Below, one piece after another: positions 1 to 9,301 of a stretch of 64,000 nt of DNA. Under the pieces are notes generated by a model. The model saw nothing but the letters and a program-made list of their open reading frames with translations. It did no database searches and was not told the DNA's origin. The translations under genes and the position numbers were made by a program. This DNA comes from a virus (Duplodnaviria; Caudoviricetes), in IMG/VR virus record IMGVR_UViG_3300050500_000423, positions 23,622 to 87,621 of that record; one strand, 5' to 3'. How positions within the stretch are numbered: position 1 is the first letter of the stretch; each line of letters starts with the position of its first letter.

Positions 1-1
1 G

Positions 2-109
2 GACCGCGACCGCGCCGCCCTGACCGCGTCGTTCATGCCTCCACCCGCACTCGACGACGAGGACGAAGCCGCCGACGGCGATGACGACGAGGACGAGGAC
101 GACCGGTGA
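2..109 (+). CDS. 3' end of a gene truncated by the window edge (acidic tail)
   Basis: Open frame DRDRAALTASFMPPPALDDEDEAADGDDDEDEDDR*; its TGA overlaps the next GTG (GTGA). Confidence 0.5.
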   Translation, partial: DRDRAALTASFMPPPALDDEDEAADGDDDEDEDDR

Positions 110-348
110 CGTACGGCGCGAACTCGGTCAAGGCGAGCCGCCGCTTCCGCGGTATCGACAAGGACGTACGAGACCTGATCCGGAAACTCAGCGCCGTCGG
201 CGTTGAGGTTGACTTCACGGGGAAGGGACATCTCGTCTGGCAACATGCCGACGCCCCGGACCTCGTTACGTCAGGGACCGCCCGTACCCCGGCGATCACT
301 GTCCGGAAGGTCCGCTCCTGGTGTCGACGGAACGGGATCGAATCGTGA
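106..348 (+). CDS. HicA-like small basic protein
   Basis: 80 aa, DVRDLIRKLSAVGVEVDFTGKGHLVWQH..VTSGTA resembles the HicA fold pattern; start and stop coupled to neighbours. Confidence 0.5.
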   Translation: MTYGANSVKASRRFRGIDKDVRDLIRKLSAVGVEVDFTGKGHLVWQHADAPDLVTSGTARTPAITVRKVRSWCRRNGIES

Positions 349-569
349 CGACACGGTGGCCGAACCTGCCCGACGGCGCGCGGGTCGTCTCCGACAAGGC
401 GGCGCCGAAGGTTCGCCGGCCGCGATCCCGGGGCTGGTTCGTATGCCGGTATCCGGACTGCGACACCGTCGAGCGAAGCGTCGCCGCGATCGAACGACAC
501 ATCGACGGTGAGCACCATGCCGCGCGCTACGACGTACTCGACCATGATCCCGAGGAGGACACACCATGA
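345..569 (+). CDS. Small C2H2-like zinc-binding protein
   Basis: GTG at 345 overlaps the upstream stop; CRYPDC..ERHIDGEH motif. Confidence 0.6.
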   Translation: MTTRWPNLPDGARVVSDKAAPKVRRPRSRGWFVCRYPDCDTVERSVAAIERHIDGEHHAARYDVLDHDPEEDTP

Positions 570-1195
570 CGACGAACCCCGGCCAGGTGCTCGCTGACGC
601 GGCAGGTCCGCTCCACGGGAAGTTGCTCCTCACGGGCTACGAGCTGCCCCAGGGGTTGACCTACGAAGAGTGGGCAGAGGAGGGCCGGACTCTCGTCGCG
701 ATGGCACGAGCGTCGATGTGGTGGGTAGGCGACTGGCTCGCGTACGGGGAGCACCACTTCGGAGATAAGTACGTGCAGGCCGTCGAAGCGACCGGTCTGG
801 CGCTCTCGACGTTGAAGAACGCTCAGTGGGTCGCGGACCGTATCCCGCCGGCGGAACGCATCGAGGACGTTCCGTACTCGCACCACCGGGCGGTCGCGTC
901 TCTCGACCCGAAGAACCGGAAGGCGATCCTCGTCGAGGCACGCGACGAGCAACTCGCGGAGTACGAGGTTCGGGCACGGGTCCGTGAGGTCAAGGAAGCC
1001 GAAGCCGGTCCCGGCGTCACGGTGATCGGAGACGCCACCCCCGAGCCGGAGAAGTCCCTCGAGGAACTTCTCGACCTTGCGCTCGCCACCTTGGACGACG
1101 CCCTCGACGGACACGACTGGTCATCCGTCGGGGAGGCACGCGGGTACGTCGACCGCGCCCGAGCGCGCGCCGTCGCCACGGAGACGAGCTCGTGA
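566..1195 (+). CDS. LmbU-like putative DNA-binding protein
   Basis: WWVGDWLAYGEHHFGDKY..TG...TLKNAQWVA...YSHHRAVASL matches the LmbU-family pattern. Confidence 0.65.
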   Translation: MTTNPGQVLADAAGPLHGKLLLTGYELPQGLTYEEWAEEGRTLVAMARASMWWVGDWLAYGEHHFGDKYVQAVEATGLALSTLKNAQWVADRIPPAERIEDVPYSHHRAVASLDPKNRKAILVEARDEQLAEYEVRARVREVKEAEAGPGVTVIGDATPEPEKSLEELLDLALATLDDALDGHDWSSVGEARGYVDRARARAVATETSS

Positions 1196-1401
1196 GCGCC
1201 GTCATCTGCGGACTCCCCCGCCCCGACGGCGTCCCTTGCCCCTACGACGTAGAACGCACCCACGGACCTGCCGGGTCGCTTCACTGCCCGGACCACGGCC
1301 ACGTCCTCGACGTGTTCCCGACCCCGCGTGCCTCAGGCGTCGTGTTCCTCGACTACACCGACGGCCACAGCGAAGTCGTCAACCTCGAGGACCTCCGATG
1401 A
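1192..1401 (+). CDS. Hypothetical Cys/His-containing protein
   Basis: 69 aa ORF coupled to both neighbours. Confidence 0.55.
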   Translation: MSAVICGLPRPDGVPCPYDVERTHGPAGSLHCPDHGHVLDVFPTPRASGVVFLDYTDGHSEVVNLEDLR

Positions 1402-3530
1402 CCGAAGTCGTTGACCTCTGCGGCGGTCCCGGCGGATGGGACGTAGGCGCCGCGCTGCTCGGCATCGAACCCCTCGGCATCGAGTGGGACGACGCAGCAT
1501 GCGCGACGCGCACCGCAGCCGGCCTCCGGACCATGCAGGCAGACATCTCGACCTACGAACACGACGGCCCTCTCGCTGGTCTGATCGCGTCGCCGCCATG
1601 CCCGACGTTCTCTGCTGCCGGGAACCGCGAGGGACTTCTCGAACTCCCGTACCTCATCGCACACGTCCGAGCCTGTAGCGACGGCGTCTGGCGGCCCTAC
1701 TCTCCGCCGGAGAACCTCGGCTTCGGTGACGACGCGACCACGATCGTCCCGGACCCCCGTTCCGCGCTCGTACTCGAGCCGCTGCGCGTCATCCTGACGA
1801 ACCGTCCGGAGTGGATCGCGATGGAGCAGGTCCCCCCGGTGCTCGTGGTCTGGGAGGCGTACCGAGACCTTCTCGTTGGTCTCGGCTACTCGGCATGGTG
1901 CGGGGTCCTGAATGCGGCGGACTACGGCGTCCCGCAGACCCGGCAACGCGCGATCCTCATGGCGCATCGCTCGCGGCCGGTTCACCCGCCGGAACCGACG
2001 CACTGCAAGGGTGGGGCTATCTCCCTGTTCGGTGAGCTCGCCCCGTGGGTGTCGATGGCCGCGGCGCTCGGGTGGGGTGCCCGGGATCGACCGACGCCGA
2101 CAGTCACGGCAGGCGGGACCGGCGCAGGAGGCGGTCCGGAACCGATCGCGCACCCGGAACGCTTCCGGGACTCCGTCACGGAGTGGGAGGTCGGGTTCCC
2201 GCGCCTCGACGATCGAGGCACGTCCGGGGACGGGTACCGCGAGCGGGACTGGCGACCGATGGACGAACCTGCCTTCTCTCTCACTGAGAAGGCACGTTCG
2301 TGGGTCCTCCGCGAAATCCAGCCGCACGGCGCGATCCGCCGCGGCGACGAACCCGCCATGACAATCCCGGCGTCGGCAGACAACGGGAACTACCGATTCG
2401 AGCCGGCCGACCCTGACGGCGAGTTCACCGTCGAGGAGATGGCCGACCGTGCCGTCGTCGCCCAGGCGTACCCCCGCGATCCCGACGCCCCCAAGCCGCC
2501 GCTCGAGGAGGTCGTCGTTCGCACGGGGAACAACTCCGCGACTCTCGGACCCGACCAACGCGTCGGCGTTCCTTGGCGGGACCGGTCGAAGCCGTACGAG
2601 CGGCCCGTGAGCGAGCCTGCTCCGACCTTCGACGCGAAAGTCGGTGGTGCTTGGGAGGTCGGTACCCCTGACGAGCTCGATGCAGCGATGAGGGTCCGGA
2701 CGGACAACTTCGCTGGTCGCGGGCGACTCGTCCCGATGTCGGAGCCCGCGCCGACGCTGTCGTCTCGGGGAGACCTCTGGCAGGTCGGCGCAGCGGAGGA
2801 TCTCGACCCCGCACCCGACGAGTTCGTAATGCGGACGGAGAACTTCACGGGCAGTCGAGACGAGAACGGGCAGTCGAGACGGTACGAACGCCCTCTCTCG
2901 GAGCCGTCTCCGACGGTTACGTCACGCGCCGATCTCTGGGAGGCGGGTGCCCCGACGGAGCATGTAGAGGTCGTCGTGAATACGGGGCGGGACTGGAAGT
3001 CCGGAGGGTCCCGCGACGACGCCCAGAAGGTCTCTGCGGACGCTCCGGCCCCGTCGATCGACGGTAAGGGCCGCTGGCACGCAGAGGTCCTTGTGAACGG
3101 CGTCCCGTACGTTCCTCCGGACCCGGCCGACTATCCGGGCGGCTGCCCGGAGTGCGGATGCTCGTGGGACGACCACGGCGATGAGGGCTGCGAGGGTCCC
3201 TGCGGCGGCACGCAATGCCGAGGCCGTCAGTACCTATGGCCGTACGAACGGCCGGCGACGACACTCGCTGGTGACCCGCGGGCGTTCGCCCCGGGCGGAC
3301 ACCTCGCGAACGACGGCCGCGACAACCGGAAGATGGTCGGCCGGTCGCAGAACACGATCCGCCTCTCGATCATCGACGCGCTGCTCTTGCAGACCTTCCC
3401 ACCCGATTACCCGGTGCAGGGCACGAAGAGCAAGCAGTTCGAGCAGGTCGGGAATGCGATCCCACCGCGACTCGCAGCGCACGTCCTCGCGGCGTTGCTC
3501 GGTATCGACCTCCTAGGAGCAGCAGCGTGA
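1398..3530 (+). CDS. DNA (cytosine-5) methyltransferase with expanded central region
   Basis: ATG at 1398; motif I DLCGGPGG, catalytic SPPCPTFS, EQVPPV, YGVPQTRQR, C-terminal LQTFP..Y...QVGNAIPP. Confidence 0.9.
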   Translation: MTEVVDLCGGPGGWDVGAALLGIEPLGIEWDDAACATRTAAGLRTMQADISTYEHDGPLAGLIASPPCPTFSAAGNREGLLELPYLIAHVRACSDGVWRPYSPPENLGFGDDATTIVPDPRSALVLEPLRVILTNRPEWIAMEQVPPVLVVWEAYRDLLVGLGYSAWCGVLNAADYGVPQTRQRAILMAHRSRPVHPPEPTHCKGGAISLFGELAPWVSMAAALGWGARDRPTPTVTAGGTGAGGGPEPIAHPERFRDSVTEWEVGFPRLDDRGTSGDGYRERDWRPMDEPAFSLTEKARSWVLREIQPHGAIRRGDEPAMTIPASADNGNYRFEPADPDGEFTVEEMADRAVVAQAYPRDPDAPKPPLEEVVVRTGNNSATLGPDQRVGVPWRDRSKPYERPVSEPAPTFDAKVGGAWEVGTPDELDAAMRVRTDNFAGRGRLVPMSEPAPTLSSRGDLWQVGAAEDLDPAPDEFVMRTENFTGSRDENGQSRRYERPLSEPSPTVTSRADLWEAGAPTEHVEVVVNTGRDWKSGGSRDDAQKVSADAPAPSIDGKGRWHAEVLVNGVPYVPPDPADYPGGCPECGCSWDDHGDEGCEGPCGGTQCRGRQYLWPYERPATTLAGDPRAFAPGGHLANDGRDNRKMVGRSQNTIRLSIIDALLLQTFPPDYPVQGTKSKQFEQVGNAIPPRLAAHVLAALLGIDLLGAAA

Positions 3531-3865
3531 GCGCGAACGAGTTCACCGAGGCACGCGAGCTTGTCGCCGTGTGGCTCGACAGAGAAACGACGGAGTACGC
3601 CGACGGGAAGTGGACCGAGCGCGCCCAAAACGCCGAGCGGCTCATGGCCGAAGGACTGATGCCCGGCACATGGTGGCGGGACTTCATAGATCAGTACCTC
3701 CACCGCGCGGCCGTCCTTGGTCTCGATACCGCGGTGGGGCGCCAGGCGCTCCTCAAGGCGTGCCAGACGATCAAGGAGTGCTGCGTAGCGATGGCGGTCG
3801 AACTCGACGGCGATCTCCCCGCGCCGGGGTACCCGAGCGGAGAGGTCGCCTCGTGGACTCGGTAA
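3527..3865 (+). CDS. Hypothetical protein
   Basis: 112 aa ORF, GTGA coupling, phage-typical codon usage. Confidence 0.7.
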   Translation: MSANEFTEARELVAVWLDRETTEYADGKWTERAQNAERLMAEGLMPGTWWRDFIDQYLHRAAVLGLDTAVGRQALLKACQTIKECCVAMAVELDGDLPAPGYPSGEVASWTR

Positions 3866-4710
3866 GCGAGGTTCTCTCGATCGGGACGTGGCGCGACAAC
3901 GCCGAGCTCATCGCGGACGTAGCTCGCCTTCCCGGCTACCTCGAGCCGGAGCGCGGCGACCCGTGGTCGGTCCTCGACGTGACGTACGGCGTCGCGGGCG
4001 GCTTCTGGAAGCGGTACCGGCCGGCAACGCTCGTGACGAACGACCTCGCGACCGAGGCGGAGATGGGCAGCCGGGTCGTCCCTGTCGAGACCGATCACCA
4101 CTGGTCGTACCTCGCGATCCCGCTCGACGCGAACTCGTTCGATGTCGTCGTGTTCGACCCGCCATACAAGCTCAACGGGACCCCCGCGCTCGGGGAGCAG
4201 GACGTGAGGTTCGGGACGACGAAGAGGACCTCCCGCGACGAGGTCCTCACCGACATGCGCCTCGGCGCGATCGAGTGCTACCGGGTCGCGCGCCGTCGCC
4301 TCTTCGTGAAGTGCATGGACCAAGTCGAGGGCGGCGAGATGCGCTGGCAGACCGACCTCATCACGAGGGCGATCGAGGACCGGTGTCTCTGCGGCCACGA
4401 CCGGGAGACCCACGTCACGGGCGTCTGCGAGGACGCGCTCGCCTGCGGGTGCCGCGGGTTCACGGGCGGCCGGAAGATGGACCGCTTCGATATCCCGCTC
4501 GCCGGCCGCGAGCAACCGAAGGACCGGAAGTGCCCGACGTGCGACGGCGACGGTCTCGACCACACCGACGGATGGAGCGAGCACACGGCGCAACCGTGCC
4601 TGACGTGCGGTGGGTCGAAGCGGGTCCCGATCGTGCAGCGGACCTCCCGAGGGAAGCACAGCTCCCTCCTCGTGTTCGCCAAGCCGTCCCGCTGGAAGGC
4701 GGTCCGGTGA
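3853..4710 (+). CDS. Putative DNA amino-methyltransferase (DPPY type) with Zn inserts
   Basis: VLDVTYGVAGGFW SAM-binding-like motif; FDVVVFDPPY; start at GTG 3853 is inferred. Confidence 0.75.
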   Translation: MDSVSEVLSIGTWRDNAELIADVARLPGYLEPERGDPWSVLDVTYGVAGGFWKRYRPATLVTNDLATEAEMGSRVVPVETDHHWSYLAIPLDANSFDVVVFDPPYKLNGTPALGEQDVRFGTTKRTSRDEVLTDMRLGAIECYRVARRRLFVKCMDQVEGGEMRWQTDLITRAIEDRCLCGHDRETHVTGVCEDALACGCRGFTGGRKMDRFDIPLAGREQPKDRKCPTCDGDGLDHTDGWSEHTAQPCLTCGGSKRVPIVQRTSRGKHSSLLVFAKPSRWKAVR

Positions 4711-6101
4711 GAGACGCCCTCCTCGTTCGTGGCGACACGCGGGCGCTCCCGCTCGCGGACAACTCCGTGGACCTCATCGTTACGTCCCCGCCGTACTACG
4801 CGCAGCGGTCGTACCGCGACGGCGAAGAGCACTACGACGGCCAGGTCGGAGACGAACCTTCCCCCGGCGAGTACGTCGAGGCGCTTCTCGGGATCGCGCA
4901 CGAGTGGTGGCGGGTACTCCGGCCGTCGGGGAACTGCTTCGTGAACCTCGGGGATAAGCGGGAGAACGCGGGTGGGCACCGTCGCGGGACCCCCGGCGTG
5001 AGCGCGCGCGAGGGCCGAGCTTCCGCCGAGGAGTGGGTAGACCGCTCGACCCGCCGGACCGGCTTCGTACGTCTCAAGTCGAAGATGCTGCTCCCGCACC
5101 GCTTCGCGATCGGCTGCGCTGACGGCGACGGCGACCCCGACGGGGTCGGCTGGCTCGTCCGACAGGACATCGTCTGGGACAAGCAGAACCCGATGCCCGA
5201 GAGCGTCCGAGACCGAGCCCGGGATTCGCACGAATACTGGTTCCACCTCGCGAAGGGCGGCGACCATTACTCCGCCGTCGACGAAGTCCGCGAGCCGCAC
5301 GTCTACCCCGACGACCTCACCCGGCATCTCCGAGGCACCCGCAACCGCGACCCCGACGGGTCCCCCGCCGGCGGGTCGACTACGAGCCTCAACCCGCTCG
5401 GTCGCGCGCCCGGGTCCGTCTGGCGGCTCCCCTCCGAGCCGCTCATCGTCCCCGAGTGGCTCAAGGCGGAGACCCCCGGCGTCGAGCACTACGCGACGTT
5501 CCCGTCCGAGTGGCCGCGTCGTCTAATCCTCGGCTGGTCCCCGCCGGGTATCTGCCTCGAGTGCGGCCAGGGACGCGAGCCGATCGTCGAGAAGCGCCTT
5601 GAGCTAGACCACGTCCAGGGACGGAACAACGGCGGCGGCCGCCGCGACCTCGGAGAGCCGGAGGGGAACGAGCGCGGCATGAACGGCGAGCATCCGAACG
5701 GCTCGACCGTCGCGACGATCGTCGGCTACTCGTGCGCCTGCACCCCGTACACCGACTATCCCGAACGTCGCCGCGGACGACAGGAAGGCACCGCGAGCGA
5801 CGAACGCGCGACGGGCGGCACGCGCCTCGACCCCGACCAGGACTGGCCGGAGCGTCTCCCCGTCCGCGAATACCACCTCGACGGCTGGACCCCGCCGCCT
5901 ACCAGGCCGGCGGTTGTCCTCGACCCGTTCGGCGGGTCCGGTACTACCGCGATGTGCGCCCGCGCGCTCGGCCGCGTCGGGATCTCGCTCGACCTCTCAG
6001 CGAGCTACCTCCGCCTCGCGGAGTGGCGAGTGTTCGAGTCGGGCGGCGCAGCGAAGGTCGCCGCGCGCACGGAACGCTCCCGGCAGGTCTCCCTCTTCTG
6101 A
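4707..6101 (+). CDS. Site-specific DNA methyltransferase, N4-C/N6-A beta class
   Basis: DLIVTSPPYY, IVWDKQNPMPESVRDR...HEYWFHL, HYATFP, VLDPFGGSGTT. Confidence 0.9.
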   Translation: MRDALLVRGDTRALPLADNSVDLIVTSPPYYAQRSYRDGEEHYDGQVGDEPSPGEYVEALLGIAHEWWRVLRPSGNCFVNLGDKRENAGGHRRGTPGVSAREGRASAEEWVDRSTRRTGFVRLKSKMLLPHRFAIGCADGDGDPDGVGWLVRQDIVWDKQNPMPESVRDRARDSHEYWFHLAKGGDHYSAVDEVREPHVYPDDLTRHLRGTRNRDPDGSPAGGSTTSLNPLGRAPGSVWRLPSEPLIVPEWLKAETPGVEHYATFPSEWPRRLILGWSPPGICLECGQGREPIVEKRLELDHVQGRNNGGGRRDLGEPEGNERGMNGEHPNGSTVATIVGYSCACTPYTDYPERRRGRQEGTASDERATGGTRLDPDQDWPERLPVREYHLDGWTPPPTRPAVVLDPFGGSGTTAMCARALGRVGISLDLSASYLRLAEWRVFESGGAAKVAARTERSRQVSLF

Positions 6102-6607
6102 TGAAACCGGAACCGCTCCCGCAGGCGTTGGTACTCCCCGGGATCGACGACGACACGGTGTGGCAGGTCCGCACGAAGTTCGACCGTGCGGCGGTCCGCC
6201 TCGCGAATCGGCACTACTCGCGAGAGCGACGAGGTTCCGACCAAGTCGCACCGCCCGCACCCAACCTCGTGTTCGTCACACCTTGCGAACGTGCTGTCTG
6301 GATCACCGTTCGACATCGACCGGAAGCATCATCGGCACGAGCTACGGCAGACGGACTCGACGCGTGGCGCTGCTCGATGTTCCGCAACGAAGGAGCAGGG
6401 CGCGCGTCCGATCTCATCGTCGCAGCGATGAACCTCACAGCGCGACTCTGGGGTGACGACCTACCGCCGGATGGCTGGGCGACGTACGTCGAACCCGGCA
6501 AGGTCGCATCTGCGAATCCTGGCTACTGCTTCAAGAGCGCCGGGTGGTGGCTCGACCGAACCTTTGAGCATCGGCGGCTGGTGCGACTCCGTGCTGATAT
6601 CGCATGA
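6101..6607 (+). CDS. Putative GNAT-like protein, possibly a distant Mom relative
   Basis: LANRHYSR, WRCSMFRNEG, TYVEPGKVASANPGYCFKSAGW; ends the methyltransferase run; fold is inferred. Confidence 0.5.
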   Translation: MKPEPLPQALVLPGIDDDTVWQVRTKFDRAAVRLANRHYSRERRGSDQVAPPAPNLVFVTPCERAVWITVRHRPEASSARATADGLDAWRCSMFRNEGAGRASDLIVAAMNLTARLWGDDLPPDGWATYVEPGKVASANPGYCFKSAGWWLDRTFEHRRLVRLRADIA

Positions 6608-7068
6608 GCCTCGAACGGAAGAAACCGCTCCGAGCGAACCCGGAGACGACGAAGGCGTGGCAGCGTCGCTCGCAGGACGCCGCGCGCGAGCGAGCTCGGG
6701 AGCAGCCCCGGTCTGTGGTTGCCGCGGCAGCAGCGGCGAAGTCGCGCGCGCGGAAACCGCCGCCCGATCCAGTCCCCGACGCGGTGAAGGCAGAGGTCGA
6801 TGCTCGCTCCGGCGGACGGTGCGAGGTCCGCCTCGAGGGCTGCGGCGACCGGTACGGGTACCAGCGTCACCACCGCTTGAAGCGCCGCTCGGGTATTCAT
6901 ACGGCAGCGAACCTCGTTGGGGTCTGCGCGAACTGCCACACCGGGTCACCCGCCGCGATCCACCGGAACGTCGCATGGTCCGAGACGGTCGGTCTCCTGA
7001 TTCGCAGCACCGACCCGGCACCGACCGAGGCATGGGAACGGCCGCAGGACTTCCCACCCGGGTACTAG
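6604..7068 (+). CDS. HNH endonuclease-like protein
   Basis: RSGGRCEV..GC...QRHHR....ANLVGVCANCH...IH. Confidence 0.75.
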   Translation: MSLERKKPLRANPETTKAWQRRSQDAARERAREQPRSVVAAAAAAKSRARKPPPDPVPDAVKAEVDARSGGRCEVRLEGCGDRYGYQRHHRLKRRSGIHTAANLVGVCANCHTGSPAAIHRNVAWSETVGLLIRSTDPAPTEAWERPQDFPPGY

Positions 7069-7086
7069 CAACCCACCGCACCGTCC

Positions 7087-7107
7087 TGTATAGTTCGCGT
7101 ATCCAGT
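7087..7107 (+). promoter_or_regulatory. Recurrent phage promoter/operator motif TGTATAGTTCGCGTATCCAGT
   Basis: Intergenic, contains the -10-like TATAGT; recurs at 18063-18083 (minus) and 39513-39527. Confidence 0.6.
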
Positions 7108-7137
7108 ACGGCGAACGACTCGACGGAGGCACACGAG

Positions 7138-7401
7138 ATGAGCGACCCGACCACGATCGACCGGCACGTACTCCCCGGCTTCGGACTCCCCTACGCCGCG
7201 AGCGACATCGACCCCGACGACGGCCGCTACTTCGTCCGTTGCCCCGTCTGCGGCGAGACGTGCTTCGCTCCCGACGACGCACGCACCGAGGACGACATCA
7301 CGAAGGGCGCGACGACCGCGTACGCCGAGCACTTCGACCTCTTCGCCCGCGCCGACACGATGGCTGTCGCGATCCTCGACCGGATCGGCTCAGACCGATG
7401 A
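7138..7401 (+). CDS. Hypothetical Zn-ribbon protein
   Basis: 87 aa, CPVC..H; GGAGG RBS upstream. Confidence 0.7.
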   Translation: MSDPTTIDRHVLPGFGLPYAASDIDPDDGRYFVRCPVCGETCFAPDDARTEDDITKGATTAYAEHFDLFARADTMAVAILDRIGSDR

Positions 7402-7958
7402 CCAACGAGCCGCTCGTCGCGACCGACGAGACGATCCTCGACTACTCGGGCTGGTCGTGGAAGTACGCGAACACACCGCGAGCGGAGCGCCCCGATCCGA
7501 TCGAGGACTTGTTCGCGATGCTCGCAGAACACCCACTTGACCGTCGGTTCGCGGCGTACGGCAACTTCCGCAGCGGACCGTACGAGGCACGAGACCTGCT
7601 CCGCTCTGACGACGACCGACGCCCCGACGAGCGCGTCGAGGCTGCCGTCGGGAAACTCCACTACCACGGGAACTTCCACACGTACTCGTACGCCTTCTCG
7701 CTGTGGACGACCGACCCGGCATTGATCGAACGTCTCGACGCGGCGATCGCGGTGAACATCCGCCGCGATGACTACCTCGACCAGCACGACCCGGTCCCCG
7801 CCGCGATGCAGGCACTCCGCCGCGAGACCGAGACGCTCAAGCGCGAGGTCGAGTCCTACCGACGTGATCTCGCGGAGGCGGGGATCACCCGAACGGACCC
7901 GGGCACATCGTCGTCTGCCCCGGTGGAGGTACCGGATGAGCACCCTCTCCCGCGCTGA
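7398..7958 (+). CDS. Hypothetical protein
   Basis: ATG 7398 overlaps the upstream TGA; 186 aa. Confidence 0.7.
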   Translation: MTNEPLVATDETILDYSGWSWKYANTPRAERPDPIEDLFAMLAEHPLDRRFAAYGNFRSGPYEARDLLRSDDDRRPDERVEAAVGKLHYHGNFHTYSYAFSLWTTDPALIERLDAAIAVNIRRDDYLDQHDPVPAAMQALRRETETLKREVESYRRDLAEAGITRTDPGTSSSAPVEVPDEHPLPR

Positions 7959-8247
7959 ACTCGAGCACATCTCCGACGAGTGGCAGGAGGACTACCCGAG
8001 CTTCATGGACGCCGTGTTCGCTGTCCTCGACCGGAAGGACGACGAGGGATTCCACCCGCAGTACGACGCGCTGGTCTACATCGACGTGGACGAGTTCGAC
8101 GCGGCGAAGGCGCTCGTGGAGGACATGGTCGCGTTCGCGAACGCGTCCGGCAGTGAACTCGTGGCGGTCGCCTACGTCGACAGCCACGACGACAAGGACG
8201 CGACCGCCGAGGACCCCCCGGAGGGGCTCGAGGAGCGGGTCTCGTGA
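7936..8247 (+). CDS. Hypothetical acidic protein
   Basis: GGAGG RBS before ATG 7936. Confidence 0.65.
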   Translation: MSTLSRAELEHISDEWQEDYPSFMDAVFAVLDRKDDEGFHPQYDALVYIDVDEFDAAKALVEDMVAFANASGSELVAVAYVDSHDDKDATAEDPPEGLEERVS

Positions 8248-8405
8248 AGCCGGGTTGGCTGATCGTTGGGGTCATGGTCAAGGACGACGCCGACGTTGAG
8301 CACGTCGCGTCCGGCCTCTTCGACTTCCTCGCGTCTGATCCCGACGATCGGTTCCCCGACATCGTGACCGTGGACAGCTACGAGGGACGGGAGATCGAGC
8401 CGTGA
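8244..8405 (+). CDS. Hypothetical protein (53 aa)
   Basis: MKPGWLIVGVMVKDD..., GTGA coupling; below the ORF-track threshold. Confidence 0.55.
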   Translation: MKPGWLIVGVMVKDDADVEHVASGLFDFLASDPDDRFPDIVTVDSYEGREIEP

Positions 8406-8574
8406 CGTGCGAGTGCTGCGGCCGCCGGATCGTTCCGTGCCCGTACCCATCTTGCGGGATGGGCTACGTCCACGAGGTACCCGTCGGCCCGAACGACCAC
8501 TACTGCGACAACCCTCCGCAGCACGGAACGAATCCGCCACGGTTCGCGATACCAGCTCGCGTCGAGGTCTCACG

Positions 8575-8748
8575 GTGAGGACTTGTCGCCGTTGCGGACA
8601 CCCCGAGTACCGCCACCGGTCGAACCTTCTCGTCGGCAGCACGAAGGTCGGGGACGCCGTCCCGTGCTGGCATCCCGCCGAAGGTTCGTCCGTCGAGGAC
8701 CGGGTCTACTGCGGCTGCACGGCCGACCCCGGTCCGATCAAGGTCTAG
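8575..8748 (+). CDS. Small Zn-binding protein (CxxCGHxxxxH...CxC)
   Basis: MRTCRRCGHPEYRH...CWHP...YCGC; start is inferred. Confidence 0.5.
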   Translation: MRTCRRCGHPEYRHRSNLLVGSTKVGDAVPCWHPAEGSSVEDRVYCGCTADPGPIKV

Positions 8749-8759
8749 GAGGACCCGAA

Positions 8760-9197
8760 GTGCCGACCACCACCCCAAGCGACACCCGCGAGGAGTTCTA
8801 CCGGTTCGTCTGGGACAACCTCGGCCGCCATCTTCTCGTCACGTACGAGGTCCGCGGGGTCGAGGTCACCCGAGAGGGGCACGCCGTCGTCCACGGGAGC
8901 GGCGCCTACCACATCGGTGACGCGCTTCTCGTCCCGAACTCGTCGGAGGAAGGACTCCCGATCCAGTGGGCGGTGTGCTCGAGCACCGACCCGACAGACC
9001 ATCAGGGCGGCACCTGCCCGATCCACGAGGAAGCGAGCAGCTCGGAAGCCGTCGCGGCGGCGGACGACCGCGCGCTCGACGTGATCGCGGAGGCGCTGAA
9101 CTCCGGTGCCCCTTGGTGGGCACCGGGAACTGCCCCGGGAACACTCCGGACGATCGTGGGTGCCGTCCGCTCGACAGGAAGGTTCGTCCGGTGGTGA
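8760..9197 (+). CDS. Hypothetical protein
   Basis: AGGAGGA RBS before GTG 8760. Confidence 0.65.
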   Translation: MPTTTPSDTREEFYRFVWDNLGRHLLVTYEVRGVEVTREGHAVVHGSGAYHIGDALLVPNSSEEGLPIQWAVCSSTDPTDHQGGTCPIHEEASSSEAVAAADDRALDVIAEALNSGAPWWAPGTAPGTLRTIVGAVRSTGRFVRW

Positions 9198-9301
9198 ACG
9201 CGTCGGCGCTCTGGGGGCGTCTCTGGCCGTGGCTGGCGGTCGTTGCTGTCCCCGTCGGGTTCGCTGTCCTGAACGGACTCATTGAGGGCATCAGCGGGTG
9301 A
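9194..9301 (+). CDS. Small membrane peptide
   Basis: 35 aa hydrophobic ORF coupled at both ends. Confidence 0.45.
   Translation: MNASALWGRLWPWLAVVAVPVGFAVLNGLIEGISG

Noticed and set aside
1077-1397. Longer N-terminal extensions given by the ORF track (also 3888-4706, 5732-6100, 26082-26285, 35258-36025, 36564-37271)
   Set aside because: They overlap upstream genes; coupled starts or RBS further downstream fit better
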